Of a stretch of DNA of 64,000 bases, positions 1 to 15,058 are shown one piece after another. This DNA comes from Eledone cirrhosa. Lineage: Eukaryota. The stretch spans positions 52,204,001 through 52,268,000 of the forward strand of contig OZ024741.1 in the NCBI GenBank assembly GCA_964016885.1, in the 5' to 3' direction. Every line of letters begins with the position of its first letter. The first letter of the stretch is position 1. A model generated the notes under the pieces. The model saw nothing but the letters and a program-made list of their open reading frames with translations, searched no databases and had not been told where the DNA came from. A program made the position numbers and the translations under genes.

Positions 1-340
1 GAAAGGCAAAAGGCAGCTTAACACCATCGTCGTCGCACTCATTTCTACATCTGAGTGAACTGGAGCAACGTGAAATAAAGTGTCTTGCTTAATGACACAA
101 CGTATCGCCTGGTCTGGCAATCGAACACACAACCTTACGATTGTGGCTCCAAATTCACAAACCACGTGCCTTCACGTTCTTACATACACATATACATACT
201 ACACACACACATATATATATACATACACTAACATATATATATATATATATACATACACACACATATATATATATATATACATACTACACACACACACATA
301 TACATATATATACATACATACACATATATATATACATACT

Positions 341-377
<37 letters not shown>

Positions 378-397
378 CATTCACACACACACACATA

Positions 398-461
<64 letters not shown>

Positions 462-1935
462 CATACTACACATATATAAACATACATACACATATATACA
501 TACTACACCGTACGTCCTGTCTTCCCCCTCCTCACGCTTATTCTTTTTACTTCCTCTTCCTTTCTCTCTTACTAATATTCGGAGCTTTATCCTTTTCATT
601 CACGTGTTGTATTGCAGCAATATTAGATGTAGTAGTAGAAGTTGTTGTTATTTTAGTTATTGTTATTGTTGTTGTCGTTGGTGTCATTTTAGTTATTGTT
701 ATTATTATGTTTCAGGCCACAGATCAACACTAATCAAGTAGACCTTTGTTCTGATGTTTTTCAACGGTGACCTTCCACTCATTTTTGCAGACATTACATC
801 TGGGTCTACCTTATCAAAATGGTCTATTTTATTGTGTAAAGACGGCAATGTCGATATGAAATTTGCTTAATATTTTTAGCAAATCGAGCTGCCACGAGAG
901 AAAGAAATGAGTTACAATGCTGTATATGAAGCCCTATCTTCCCAAGGTGTGTCTGCCCCATCCATCTGAAACTGCAGAACTCATCTGCCTTGGCTACAAG
1001 AAATGAGCACAGTTTAGAACTTTTCATTGTCTTCATAGTATTATGTTTCGTGACAAGGACCTCATCACTTTTACAAAAAAGAAGATTGGTTCAGGGAAAC
1101 CCTCATCATCTTCACAGAGAGGAGAAAAGGTGTAACGAGGTACTCCATCATGTTCACAGAAAGAAGAAAGGTTCAGAGAGGTCTTTTATCGCAATCACAG
1201 AACGTTCTCTACTCAAAATGTTACATTTCACTTCTATTTATATCACACAAGCTCATCGTATATTACGAATTTTATAGTTTCTGTTTCGAGCGAATTGACA
1301 GAGTGGCATGGGTGTCACATAGAATGCATTCTGTTATTATTTGTACAGGCTCTCTGCGCTCTCAGTTTAAATTTCGACGAAGTCATCTTTGCTTGTTTTC
1401 AGTGTCAATAAAAAAAATAGCTGTCCAGTGTTGGCGCAAACCCACTGAAGTCATATTTTCCTGGCTTCGTATCAGGATCGATAAAGAAAGTACCCGCTCA
1501 GTATTGGTGCAACCATGCTGGGGTCATCTTTGCCTGTCCTCGCTTCATGATCGATAAAATGCCTGTCTAGTATGGGTGTAATCCACACTAGACAGGCTCT
1601 TACGTCCTGGATGTTTCCTCGAGTCAAGAACAAGACGGCCAAGATAATCTCCATGTCTGTTCATGGTTACATTGGCACTTAGAACCATTAGAAAAAGAAT
1701 GGCTCATACTACTAAGTCATCTTCGATTTGCGAGAAAAGGCCATATGTTAGTTCGCTCATCTAATTTTTAACCTGCCGATAGATGGATGAATGAAAGAAG
1801 AGATGGATGGATGGATGGACGAACAGAAAGACACAATATCTTGAGTGCTTTAAACCTGACGGAGCCCATTCCCTCTTCAGGTCTGAATACAGTCAATTTC
1901 TTCTTCTTCTTCTTCTTCTTCTTCTTCTTCTTCTT

Positions 1936-1988
<53 letters not shown>

Positions 1989-2384
1989 GAGAGAGAGAGA
2001 GAGAGAGAGAAAGCGAGAGAGAGAGAGAGAGAGAAATGTGAAAGAGATATAGAGGAAGAATCGACCCCAGTACTGGACTAGTACTTTATTTTTATCGACC
2101 TTGAAAGGATGAAAGGTAAAGTTGACCCAACCGTGTTTTGAACTCAGAGACCGCAGAAATCCCAAAGGAATACCCGCAAAGTATCCCACCCGACGTTCTA
2201 ACGATTTTGTCAATTTGCTGCTTATCTTTTTATGTTAGAAATCGTTTTGATTATGACTGATTGGCAGAATAATTAGAATGCAGGACAAAATTCTAGTTAC
2301 GGCCATTTATGTTCTGGGGTTGAATCCTGTCGACGTTGTTTTTTTTCTTTTTGTCCTTTAGGGATCATTAAGGATTATCAAAGT

Positions 2385-2750
2385 CGAAATGTTTTTCCTC
2401 TGTGTATTTTGAAATAAATATTTCCATGGAAATTGTTCCAATGAGCTTTACTCGTTGCTTCGTCTTCACGAGTTTAAACGGAGAACTAGGTTGGTTGAAA
2501 TTCCTAAATGGAATCGCAAATTCTATTCTGATAGTTTCTTTTTTCGCAGATCTCCCCTACGGAATTCTCTTTCGGCTTCTTGATTTCCTGACTACTACAA
2601 TTTTCAAACATTCAGGTAACATCAATCGTCAGCTTTTCTCTCCTTGAATTATATTCTCTCAGTTTTGTACTTTACCGATTTCAATAACCTCCAGAATTTT
2701 AGTGGCTTCATTGCCTTGCTTGGGGTGAGCGAAAAAACAAAACAAACAAA
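2385..2750 (+). mobile_element. 3' fragment of the same CR1/L2-group LINE
   Basis: Homologous to the reverse complement of 10240-10520 (aatcgcaaattctattctgatagtttctttttcg..aacatcaatcgtc). Confidence 0.72.
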
Positions 2751-2986
2751 AACCCATCGTCACTTTTACTTTTCAACCTTGTGGGATAGTCAAAATAAAG
2801 TACCAGTATATACTGGACCCGATCTCATTAAAAAAATATCCCCCTTACCAAAATTAAGACTGTGGGATCAAGGTATATTGGCAGACAAAATTTCGTGCAG
2901 TATTTAGATATAGTTCTTGATGAGGTGAGTTCAAATCCTGCTAGGGCCAATTTTACATTTCAACTTTCTGTAGTCTGTAAAATAAT

Positions 2987-3174
2987 TGTTTCTACTTTTT
3001 GGCACAAGGCCAGCAATTACCCAGTGCATTACTGGTACTTTATTTTATCGACCCCGTAAGGATGAAAGGCAAAGTTAACTTCGGCGGGATTTGAACTCAG
3101 AATGGCAAGGGCCGTAACTCTATGCGTCAAAGCATGGCGTCCGACCCTCTACCGATACTGCCAATCCACCACCG
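2987..3174 (-). mobile_element. SINE family A copy
   Basis: Reverse complement of the 19926 sequence. Confidence 0.85.
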
Positions 3175-3879
3175 TCAAGTACTGGGGTCGATTTAAACGA
3201 TATTCTTCTCTTCCCTAGAAATCGCTGGCCTTTTGCCAAGGCTAAAAAAATCGGAGTATTGGTAAAATTATTAGAGCGTCAGACAAAATGCTTTATGGTA
3301 TTTGTTCCAACTCTTTACGTCCCGAGATCAAGTTTACCTTTCATCCCTCAAAGGTCAAGCCTAGTCTGGTCTCTTCTCATCCTCATTACTGAAGGTCGGG
3401 GACCATAGATAATAGCACCAATGCTATCTATACGGTGCTGTATATCAATAATTCTCATCAGAAAAAGTTGCATCGATGGATCCCGAATTCATCACAAGGA
3501 TGAAGCCGATGGCGAATTGAAAAGTTGTCACCAAGGAGACTAAAGTGTCCCACTATCCCACTTTTGAAATCTGAGTGATCCTTCTCCTAGACAGACAGCT
3601 TATCAAAGCTAACGAGCTGTTTACCCGTTTTCTTTATACACTATTGGATGGCCGTTGACTCTCCTGAATTCCTTCACTCTTTACCGGGTTTTGTTTTTTA
3701 TCCTGCAGGGTGAGGTTCTCGGTTTAGTCGCCGACGACGCGACCACGTGACAGGTTGTACTGTATTACATGTTACCAGTAGCTCTCGAGTACTAGAGTCG
3801 ATATAACCGACTTTACCCTTACCTCAAAATTGGTAGTTTTGTGCCTAAATTAGAAACCATCATCATTATTTCTTCTAGG

Positions 3880-4075
3880 GGTGTCGATTGGCAGTATCGG
3901 TAGAGAGCCGGACGACATGATTTGCAGCACAGAGTTACGTCCCTTTACGGTCTGAGTTCAAATCCCGCCGAGGTTGACTTTGCCTTTCATCCTTACGGAG
4001 GTCGATCAAATAAAGTACCAGTAATGCACTGGCGTATTTGTTGGCCTTGTGCCAAAAGTAGAAACAATTATTATT
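3880..4075 (+). mobile_element. SINE family A copy
   Basis: Same head, B-box and core. Confidence 0.85.
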
Positions 4076-4280
4076 TCTTCTACTTCTTACACGTTAACTA
4101 CATTTGGACCTCTGGTCAGAATAAACGAAAAGGGAAACAAATGCGTATAATTATATTCTTGGCGTAAAAGGAAACTCCCGGTACAATAACATTCCTACAT
4201 TTTAAGTATAAAATACCGACAACGCCTTCAAATATACGCTACAGTCTTCTTTCTTTAAATTTGGAATACTCGAATGGATT

Positions 4281-4281
<1 letters not shown>

Positions 4282-4317
<36 letters not shown>

Positions 4318-4378
4318 GCTACTACTGCTACTACTACTACTACTGTCACCGCTACCACCACTACTACTACTACCACCA

Positions 4379-4427
<49 letters not shown>

Positions 4428-4495
4428 TACCACTACTACTACTAGTACCACCACCACCACCACCATCACCACCACCACCACCACCACCACCACCA

Positions 4496-4565
<70 letters not shown>

Positions 4566-4567
4566 AT
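4282..4567. repeat. (ACT)n/(ACC)n trinucleotide microsatellite
   Basis: Direct reading. Confidence 0.97.
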
Positions 4568-4759
4568 TAGCGTGTATATATAGGAATGACACCATATTGT
4601 TTGAGAGGATAAAGTTTCTTTTATTCCAGACACGTGCGTACGTGAGCGAGTTTGCATGTGAGTATATGTATAAATATTCACACACACACACACACATATA
4701 TTTATATCTACATATATATCTACACATATATATATATATACATATATACACACACACAC

Positions 4760-4837
<78 letters not shown>

Positions 4838-5029
4838 AGAGAGTATTGAAGTTTGCTTGAAGCATTGTGGAATAATAAAAAAAATTAGTCGTATTGGAAG
4901 CCTCAGCAATGCAAATGGGTAAATCTTCGGGTAAGAGAATCCGGTGGTGAAGAGAGAGATGTAAGAGGAAATGTATAATGAGATGTAAAGTGTGTAGAGG
5001 AACGTGGGAAAGAGTGTACAAAAAAAATT

Positions 5030-5177
5030 GTGCATTACTGGTACTTTATTTTATCGACCCCGTAAGGATGAAAGGCAAAGTCAACCTTGGCAGGATTTGA
5101 ACTCAGATCGTAAAGGGACGTAACTATGCTGGAAAGCATGACGTCCGACCCTCTACCGATACTGCCAATCCACCGCC
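5030..5177 (-). mobile_element. SINE family A copy (3'-truncated)
   Basis: Same head, B-box and core. Confidence 0.85.
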
Positions 5178-6119
5178 AAAAAATAAAAATAATAACACGA
5201 GATAGAGTTACCTTGGGGGAGATTTAATTGTCCCTTCATTTCGGATTTCGCATCTATCAACTGGGGGGGTTTTCCGAGGGGGAAGTTATCTGTCGGAGAC
5301 GAACGGTACGTGGCTTCTGTTGTCTGCCGTTTGTGTGTAACTGAGATATTTTGTAGAGCGCGCGTGCGCGCGAAATAGGTGCGGTCGTCAAAGGTGGAGG
5401 CAGTTTCTCTTTATTGTGGGAGTGGGATGGTGCTTCGCTGTCAATCCATTATACTACCTATATTCAGTCTTTGATACTGGCAGTGTAGTAGTCTGCCTGG
5501 TCGCTTGTTTATATATATACTCATGTGTATATTTGAATGTATGTATGTATATATATGTATTCATATATACATATCCATATATGCACATGTATATGTATAT
5601 ATAAATAAAGTACTTATGTATATATATGCCCACACAGACGCCAACACACACATATAAAAATATGTGTGTGTGTATGTGCAAGTATATCTACGAACACACA
5701 CACACATATATATATTAATATATTGTACATAGGCATTTAGACATAAAAATATGCATAAATATTTGTATTCATATATACATGCAGGTATATAAATGTATAT
5801 ATATATATATATACATTTAAACTTACATACACACATAAATACATATACGTTTGCACACTTATGTGCACACATTTAACCATAGATTTACAAATAAGCATAC
5901 ATAAGCATACATACACATACATAAGCATACATACACATACATAAGCATACATACACATACATACGCATACATACACATACATAAGCATACATACACATAC
6001 ATATGCATAATCAGATACTATGCACACTTACATTGAACAAACTTGCTCAATAGCACGAGAATGGTGGGTAGGATATTTCTGGAAACCATTCTCTTTGTTC
6101 TTGCAGAATATACATACAT

Positions 6120-6121
6120 AA

Positions 6122-6182
<61 letters not shown>

Positions 6183-6192
6183 AATTTATATA

Positions 6193-6275
<83 letters not shown>

Positions 6276-6302
6276 GTATATATATATATGTATATATATA
6301 TG

Positions 6303-6333
<31 letters not shown>

Positions 6334-6334
6334 G

Positions 6335-6405
<71 letters not shown>

Positions 6406-6435
6406 ATACATATATACATATATATATATATACAC

Positions 6436-6500
<65 letters not shown>

Positions 6501-6540
6501 CACATATATGTGTACATACACACACACAACACACACGGTA
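6120..6540. repeat. (TA)n/(CA)n compound microsatellite (one of many, e.g. 181-505, 8143-8270, 16451-16982, 54158-54400, 60122-60265)
   Basis: Direct reading. Confidence 0.97.
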
Positions 6541-8140
6541 TATATAGTTTTCCCCATTTTCTTTTAATCTGTCCGGAAGTTCAAATAATGGTGGCAGACT
6601 GGAAATAATAACGATTTCTGATTTAGGCAAAAGACCAACACATTTGGGGGAAGAGAAAGTCGATTAAATCGACCTCAGAGTGTTATTGGTACTTTATTTT
6701 ATCGAACCCGTAACGATGAAAGGAAAAGCTAACCTCGGTGGAATTTGAACTCAGAATGTAAAGGGACGCAAGTCGTCGTCGTAAAGCATGTTTCCGACGC
6801 TCTATCGATTCTGTACACACACACACACACCTGACAAGCCACATCTTCATGCCAATTCTCTATTACTTTTATTAATGAAACATTCACCTTACTATATTTC
6901 CAGTTTCACCTCTGGTATCTCAATCATATATAATGGTTTCTAATATAAGCACAATTTCTCAAACTTTGGGTACTTTGGGGGAAGAGAGAACAGCCAATTT
7001 TATCGACCTTAGTATATAACTGGTAATTTATATTCTGGTCCTTGGAACGACGAAAGGCATTGTTGACCTCCGTTGCATTTGAATTCAGAACGCAAAGAGC
7101 TGGAACAAATACCGCCAGGTATTTTTCAAATCGTTAGCTTCTGCCAAAATCTGTGTGATCTTAATTATATATGCTAAAAACAAATGTTACTAATTTTCTA
7201 TTAGAGTATTTATGAATTTCGTAAACGTTAAACAAAACAGAATGGCGCATGATATGTTAATGAGTTTGTAAAAATAGACTCCTTGCTTTCACCCCCCTTC
7301 ATATACGGACCAAATATAAAATATGTTTAACTGAAGTGTGTTCGACAGCGCCAATACTACTCACTCAAATAATATGTAATGAGATTTAACTCGTTTATCT
7401 TTATCTTTGAGTTAACTTTTTTACAGCTCACAATTCGATTCAAACAGACAACTTGCAGTAAATATAAAAAAATATTGTACAACAAACGATCCTGTGGATT
7501 ATTAGTGTCCAAGTAAGCATTAATAATTTAATAGTAAACGGAGTGTGAATTATTTATTATTAGTTACAAAGGCTTCTGTTTCAATAATTATGCATATAAG
7601 ACAGAAAAAAAACCAAGTTTAGGTATTGAGCTGGAAAAGATAGCTTTAAAATCTCATAAATCCCCAACAACGATAGGACATTATACCTGTAAATCAAGCC
7701 TTCGTGATAATTGTAAGTTGAGTAAAAAGAAAAAAAAAGTCTCCTTGTCATTAGAAGTTGCTTTTAAAAATATCAGAAATGCTTTCATGATACAATCTTG
7801 AAATGGATAAGTTTTCATCTTTTTTTTTTAATTTTTATTTATTTTTATTATTTTTTTTTTTATTGAACACTAACAATGTATTTTACATAAAATTTCAGCT
7901 CCAGAACAAATAAATTATTTCACATCTTAAAATTAGCTAAACTGTCAGTAATGGAATGCACATGTTCGAAAAACAAAATCTAGGTGTTGAACTACGAAAC
8001 ATTAGCTATAAAATTACAAATCTTTGCAATAATCAGAAGTCACAACACGAAGTGACACATTTACAATAGTTGTAAATTGGAAGTGTGTTCCCTGCTTTAG
8101 TAGGGAAAATTGCCTCAAAACGTTTGTTGTGGTATATATA

Positions 8141-8273
<133 letters not shown>

Positions 8274-8559
8274 ACGTCTAAGCTCCTTATATTTATGCTT
8301 TGTACCTTAGCAATTCAACACAAAAAATCAATAGGAACCGGGATCAACATCATTGGACAAAAACCCTTCAACACAATGCTCCAGAATGGCCACAGTCTGA
8401 CTGAAACCAGAAAAGATTAAGAGAAAACAAGCTGTAAGAAGTGTGTCGATTTATTGGGGATTAATCATTATCAGAAGACATCATTTTATGATCAGGCCTG
8501 TGCAAAGTTAATAACAGGCCCAGGTCAGATGTACAATGTAATCCTAACTCTATTTCAAA

Positions 8560-9190
8560 CTTCTCCTTGATTGTAGAAAATAGCGTCTTGTTTGAAAGCT
8601 ACCACAATGCGAATTGGAGGTAAATGTTTAAAATATAAAGGTAACAATGATGTTGGTATCTTACTTTGCAGCTCTTTATATATCCTTATATTTGAGGATA
8701 AAATCCGTTCATCAAAAGATTATTAAATGAAACTAGTTCGGAGTTGTATATTTTTTGTCGCTCTTAAGCTGCCATTTTTTTTTTATTTGAAAGTGGTGCT
8801 TTTTCTTTCATCACTGGAAGTGGTGAATGGATCTCGTGGTATGTGATCTAAGCTATGTTTCTATCTAAGCCATTGTTGTATCATTTTTGAAATGGTACGA
8901 AGTGTGGTACTGTGTATGTTTTTGTTCGCCATCGGGTGTTAAGTTCAAGTCTATTGTTGTTTTGGGGTTTCAGTTTGGCTACTATTATAGATTCTTTTAC
9001 TCTGAGATTGCCGGTATTCCTGTCCCTGGTTTCAATAGTGAGTGTTATATCTTTATGTTCTTGCACTTATATGTGTTTCGTCAAGGAAGATATAATTATC
9101 TGCAAGTGTTTTCGTAATTTAATCTTAAACAGACAGTTATTTGTTTTTGCTTTATCTAAAAATGTATTTTAAATCATAAATTTCTGCAAA
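8560..9190 (-). mobile_element. Highly decayed probable Penelope-like fragment
   Basis: ..NLRVKESIIVAKLKPQNN.. resembles the C-terminus of PLE GIY-YIG domains; many stops. Confidence 0.5.
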
Positions 9191-9774
9191 AAATAATTAG
9201 ATCCTTCAACATTTGTTAAAATGGATTACAAAATAAATGGATTTTTCACACTATAATTTCTTCAGAGCGTAGCTTCTCTCACAGTAGCGCTAAATCATTT
9301 TTGTACTGCCATTTCTGTGTGTGAGTAGGTGATAAAGTAAACGAAGTAGGTCGGCTCACGATCCTAAGGTCGTGAGATCGATTGCCGGTGGTGTGTTATC
9401 TTCCTGAGTAAGACGCTTTATTTCACGTTGCGCTGGTCAATTCAGCTGACAAAGATGAGTTATACTTGTAACTCAAAAGGAAAGGCATATCCTATAATGT
9501 GTCACGCGTAATTTCTCTGAGAAGTACGTTAAGGGTACACGTGTCTGTAAAAAGCTCAATCACTTGTATGCTATTTTGTTGATATAACATGTGGAACACT
9601 CGTCGTCAGAACCGATGGAGGTCCAACACATACACAAACTATTACCTTCCACATTCGTCCAAGATGCAGAATTTGAATTCAGATCGCAACAAACAGGATC
9701 AGACGCTGCAAAGTATTTCGCCCAGTGTTTTAACAAAGAAATCCAGGATCGCCGAAACCACAGATCCTGGATTT

Positions 9775-10160
9775 CTTCTTATCCTCCTTCTTCTTCTTCT
9801 TGATAGGGTGGTGGGGCAGAGTTCTCAGATACGCTTTCTAGAGGATTCTATCGCAAGCAACCATTTCCAGTTGATTCGGTCGGATCCTCAAGTGAACCCA
9901 ACCAAGTTTATCGATGTTATGTAACCAACTAGCTCGTGGTTTACCTTTCGACTTCCTGCCAGTTGGTTTTGACCGTAAAATCTGTCCAGTGACTCTTTTT
10001 TTAGACATTCTAACCACGTTCCGTTGTATTGGAATCATGATCACTCGATACAGAGCAGCAGCGACTCCCCGATACAGAGCAAGGCACCCCATCGAATAAC
10101 GTTACTCGCCTTTGGAGAAAGTTCATTTCGGCCGCTTGTATTTGCGATCGTATTCTTTCG
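9775..10160 (-). mobile_element. RTE-type LINE 3' end
   Basis: QILRSKPTGRKSKGKPRASWLHNI (GxRxxGRPxxxW motif) followed by an (AAG)n tail. Confidence 0.7.
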
Positions 10161-10239
10161 ATCACTACCCAAAAGTTATGGTTAACTTAGCTTTCATCCT
10201 TCCGGGGTTGATAAAATTCAGTGCCAGGCAGCAAGGCAA

Positions 10240-10870
10240 TAAAGCCACTAAAATGCAAGAGGTTACTGTGAAAGGAAAAGGACAAAGCAGAGAAAACATA
10301 ATCCAAAGAGACGATTAATGATGCTTTTGAAATTTTGTAAACTGTAGTGATCGGGAAAGCAAGAGGCTGGAAGAGAATTCCATAGGTAAGACGTGCGAAG
10401 GAAGAAACGGTCAAAATAGAATTTGCGATTGCATTTAGGATCTTCAACTGTAAATAGATGAGACCTTGCCACCAATCTGGTGTTCCGTTTAAAGCCGTGA
10501 AGTTCATAAGAATAATTATCACAACGGTGTGATAGTGATTGACGCCAACATGATAAGTTAGGACCCATATTATTGACGATTCTTTTTTTAATCTTATCCA
10601 GACTCTCAGGGTACGCAACAGAAGCATCAGGCTAGATGTGAAAACAGTACTCAAAACAAGAATGAACGGTAGATTTATAAAGATATTTTCTGTTGTAAAA
10701 AACTTTCTGAATCGACGGAGCAAACCAGCTTTCGGGGCAGCAAGCAGACGTGATATTGTTTTTCCAGCTCAAATCAGTGGAAAATTTCAGACCTAGAAGG
10801 CGTGTAGAGTTGCTTTCTTGGAGGATATGATCATCCATACTAATGGAAAAAGGCAAAAGTGTTTCTCTAT
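10240..10870 (-). mobile_element. 3' fragment of a CR1/L2-group LINE
   Basis: RLLGLKFSTDLSWKNNI, LYKSTVHSCFEYC, FFLRTSYLWNSLPASCFPDHYSLQNFKSIINR. Confidence 0.8.
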
Positions 10871-11736
10871 AAGATGAAAGGCAAAGTCGATCTTGGGAGG
10901 ATTTGGACTCGGAGCTCAGAGAACCGGGGGAAAACTGCAAATCAGACGCTCTAACGATTCTACCAATTCGCCGCTCTAAATAGATCAGGGGGACTTATTA
11001 TTTATCAAGTGAACTTTATTTTTATAGACGATTTTTATCATTAAGCTGTCACTGAATTAGTTTTACAAAGGAAAAAAATGGTGATTGCTGAACCAATCTC
11101 GATTTTATGTTTTTCTCACCGTTTCCTTTCCCCACTCTTACAATATATTGAATACAAGCCTATTCCAGACATTTCTATTTATTTTTTGTTTAACTCCTTT
11201 TTACAATTATTCTATTTCATCCATTAAAAAGAACTTATTTCACCCTCATTATTTTTTACATGTATTTAGGCGACTAATAACCATTTTTATAGCAGTATGT
11301 AGGAAAAGAAATTATCTGATACCAGCCACATTCGTAATTGCATGCAGGCAATTTGTTATGATATCATAATAGATTCTATCGTGATATCATGATATGATTT
11401 TTTGTTAATTAAACTTAATTATTATGACTAGATAGACTTAAGCAATTATAGACCTATTTTAGTTGTTAACTGAAATAGCAGCATGTAATGATTGTAGACA
11501 GAAATTTATCGATTCAGATAATTAGATTATTGCCATTAAAGCAATTTAACTATTTTAACTATATAATATATAATATATAATATTGAATGCTTTCAAAATT
11601 AATAAATAATAAATCAATCTTCTTTCGTCGTGCGACGTCGGGACATTTTGATATCTATTGTGCGGAAGATTTTGCTCCAAAAGTCGAGACAATCCCACTC
11701 AACTAGGGATGGTTGATAACACTGAATATATATATA

Positions 11737-11770
<34 letters not shown>

Positions 11771-11813
11771 TCTATGAGGTTTTATTAAAAAGATGTCCCA
11801 CAAAGGTGAAAGT

Positions 11814-12026
11814 ATAAGAAAAAGAAATTGAAAATGCAACTGGAGTCTTTTAAGAATATTTATTTATCTACTTTACCGGTTTCCCAGTTCTTTTGATTCT
11901 CAAAAGTAAAATTGAGATGGGGTTGGGGTGTTTCTGTTGTGGTTTGTCTCGCATCAGATGCGGTAAAGTAAATATATAAATATTCTTAAAAGACACCAGT
12001 TGCATTTTCAATTTCTTTCCCTTATA
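11814..12026. repeat. Inverted repeat, about 65-bp arms
   Basis: gaaattgaaaatgcaactggagtcttttaagaatattta.. vs ..taaatattcttaaaagacaccagttgcattttcaatttc. Confidence 0.88.
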
Positions 12027-13591
12027 TATATAACTAATAAAAAGTTCTGTTTACATGCCAACATAAGAGCAAGAATGAGGGACTCATTCTACTGACATGA
12101 GGCTTGTTTGCATGATTGCAAACGAATCGAATATTATTATTACTATTCGAAAACACAGATTATATATATATATGAGTTCTAAAATACTTACTGTATTTCC
12201 CAACCAAGATTGCCCAGAAAACAAGCAATCGAAACACGAAGCAGTAACGAAAGAAAGATCTTATTGCTACCAGCATATGGGTTGAATATGTGGGATCGAG
12301 AATTTTTGCTGGTTGAAAATGTACAGAACCTTAGCTACCTTCCGCAGTTTTATAACTATGTCAATCGGAACAGTTGAGACTGGTTTGTGAAGTTTAGCTG
12401 TGATCATGTGATCATATGGTATGCATCTGCATCAGAAGAGGAATCTGCGATATGCAGTGTTGCAAGTGCACCTGAGTCTGGACGGTTATGTGGATCAACA
12501 ACTAGTTCGTACTTAAAAAGCTAGTTGAAGGTCGAAGAAAAAGAGACCAATCACATACAATAGCTATGGAGTTGTGTTTGTGTAGAAATGTGTGTGACAT
12601 GTTCAAATGTATACGGTTGTGTGTGCATGTGTGTGAAAATGTATACGGTTCTGTGTGCATGTGTGTGAAAATGTATACAGTTGTGTGTGCCTGTATGTGA
12701 CAATGTATGCGGTTGTGTGTGCATGTGTCTGTAGACTTTTAAAACAGTGAATCCAATGAAAATAAAATAATAAAAGAGTGAATGCAAAAAGGTAAAATCA
12801 AATTGTCTAAACTGGGCTATGAAATGTGCATGAAAAATACACAAAAACATTAGCAAAAATGACAGATTGCTTGCTACATAAGTATCAATATAATAATATA
12901 TAATGGGGCACTACAGCCAAGGATGACCCTAATGCTACCGTTTTTCCTCACCACCCCTTAAATATTTTAAATGCCTATTTTTGAGAGTGACTATTGTACA
13001 TAGTTTCTTGATCTGTTCGAAACAGCAGCGAAATATTTCTCAAATCACGTCAGACCGTAGGAGAAAAATGTATTGCGGTATTTATTTCGGATCTCTGCGC
13101 TCTGAGCTCAAATCCCACCGAAGTTTCACTTTGCATTCCATCTGGTCTTGAAGGCCTTTAGCCGACTACACTCTGTTGCAGGGATTCTGGCCATGTCTCC
13201 GATTTGAAGACACTTTTCGTTCTCCCTCACTTCCCTTCCCTTCCCTCCCACCACAGTTCATCGCTCAGGAAATTGGTAATGGATACTGTTATCTCTCCTT
13301 TATCTATGTATGTATGTGTGTATGTGCAAGGCCTTTCCCCACTTTAAAACCCTTCAAAGAACAGGCATTGCTTGTTCAGGATCTGTTACAGGTTCGTGTG
13401 GCTGGCCGTAGCCTAAAAGTGCACCATTTTCTGTAATCTGACAAGCGATTGCAATACTCTTAGCAGAGTTTGCAGCCATCATGCATGTATGTATGGACTT
13501 GTAACTCCTGGTGGAGTCGTAGGAGCGCTGCAATGACATTCAGCGCGCTTTGGATACTTTAAACCTGAACACAGTCAATTTCTTTCAGTGA

Positions 13592-13666
<75 letters not shown>

Positions 13667-14327
13667 TAGGAAGAATCAACCTCAGTACCAGATTGGTACA
13701 TTTTTTTTATAGATTTCGAAAGTATGAAAAGCAAAGTTGACCTCGGTGGGATTTAAAATCAGAGTGTAGAGAGCCGCAACACCGCAAAGCATTCTATCCG
13801 GTGTTCTAACGTCTCTGTCATTTCGTGATCGACTCCTTTCTCTTGACTAAGTGATAAAAAGTTTATATAAGCAACATTTTAAGAAAATGCCTTACTCAAG
13901 TTTGGATCTTAGTACTGCAAGCAGCGATCCTTACTGTACACAGTTACGTTTAGCTCGAAAATATGACTCATTACTTTATTGTTTCCAGTTCCCCGCTTCC
14001 CTCTATCACCCACTGCGAGTTCAGGAGTGATTTAATATTTTGCCAAATGATGTGTTTTAGATTCTCATACACACACTCTCTCTCTCATTACGTGCTCCAG
14101 TGTTGACAGGGAAATATGGCGGAACTATTGACACAGAGCACGTCTCCTGTGGGTGGATATGAAACTAACAAATCTTGAACCAAAAAGCCAACTCCATTAT
14201 TGTTCATTAGGCCATTTGCAAAACCTTATCCAGTCATTGATTTATCGCACACACATATGCAAATACAAATACACAGACACACACACAGACAGACACACAG
14301 TCACAGACACATACTCACATACACATA

Positions 14328-14409
<82 letters not shown>

Positions 14410-14439
14410 CACGCACACACTCACACACACACACACACA

Positions 14440-14480
<41 letters not shown>

Positions 14481-14538
14481 ACATATATATATATCAAAAA
14501 TGTATAAACGCACAGACACATACGTACATACATCCACG

Positions 14539-14580
<42 letters not shown>

Positions 14581-14985
14581 CCTATGTGTATGTGTGCGTG
14601 CGTTTATATATATATATATATATACGCATATACATACATAATACATGCATACATACACATACATACCAATACACATACATAGCAATATACACACATGCAT
14701 ACATACATACATACATACATACATACATACATACATACATACACACACAGACACATATATGCATACATACCAATACACATACATACATATATTTCAGTAG
14801 CGAGCCGGCAAGCAATTATAAGTATAGCGTTCATTACGACAGTCTCGCGAGACCGACGGTCACCATTGTGCTGTTGTTCGCTAATTTGCTAAAACATTAA
14901 GACTGAAATATACGTGGGTTGCATCAGTACATTAGATTCAGTTAGATCTCTAACATTAACTACCATCGTTTGGGGACCGCTCTCT

Positions 14986-15058
<73 letters not shown>

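Noticed and set aside
4239-5021. Poly-Thr, poly-Val and poly-Leu ORFs
   Set aside because: Simple ACT/ACC microsatellite.
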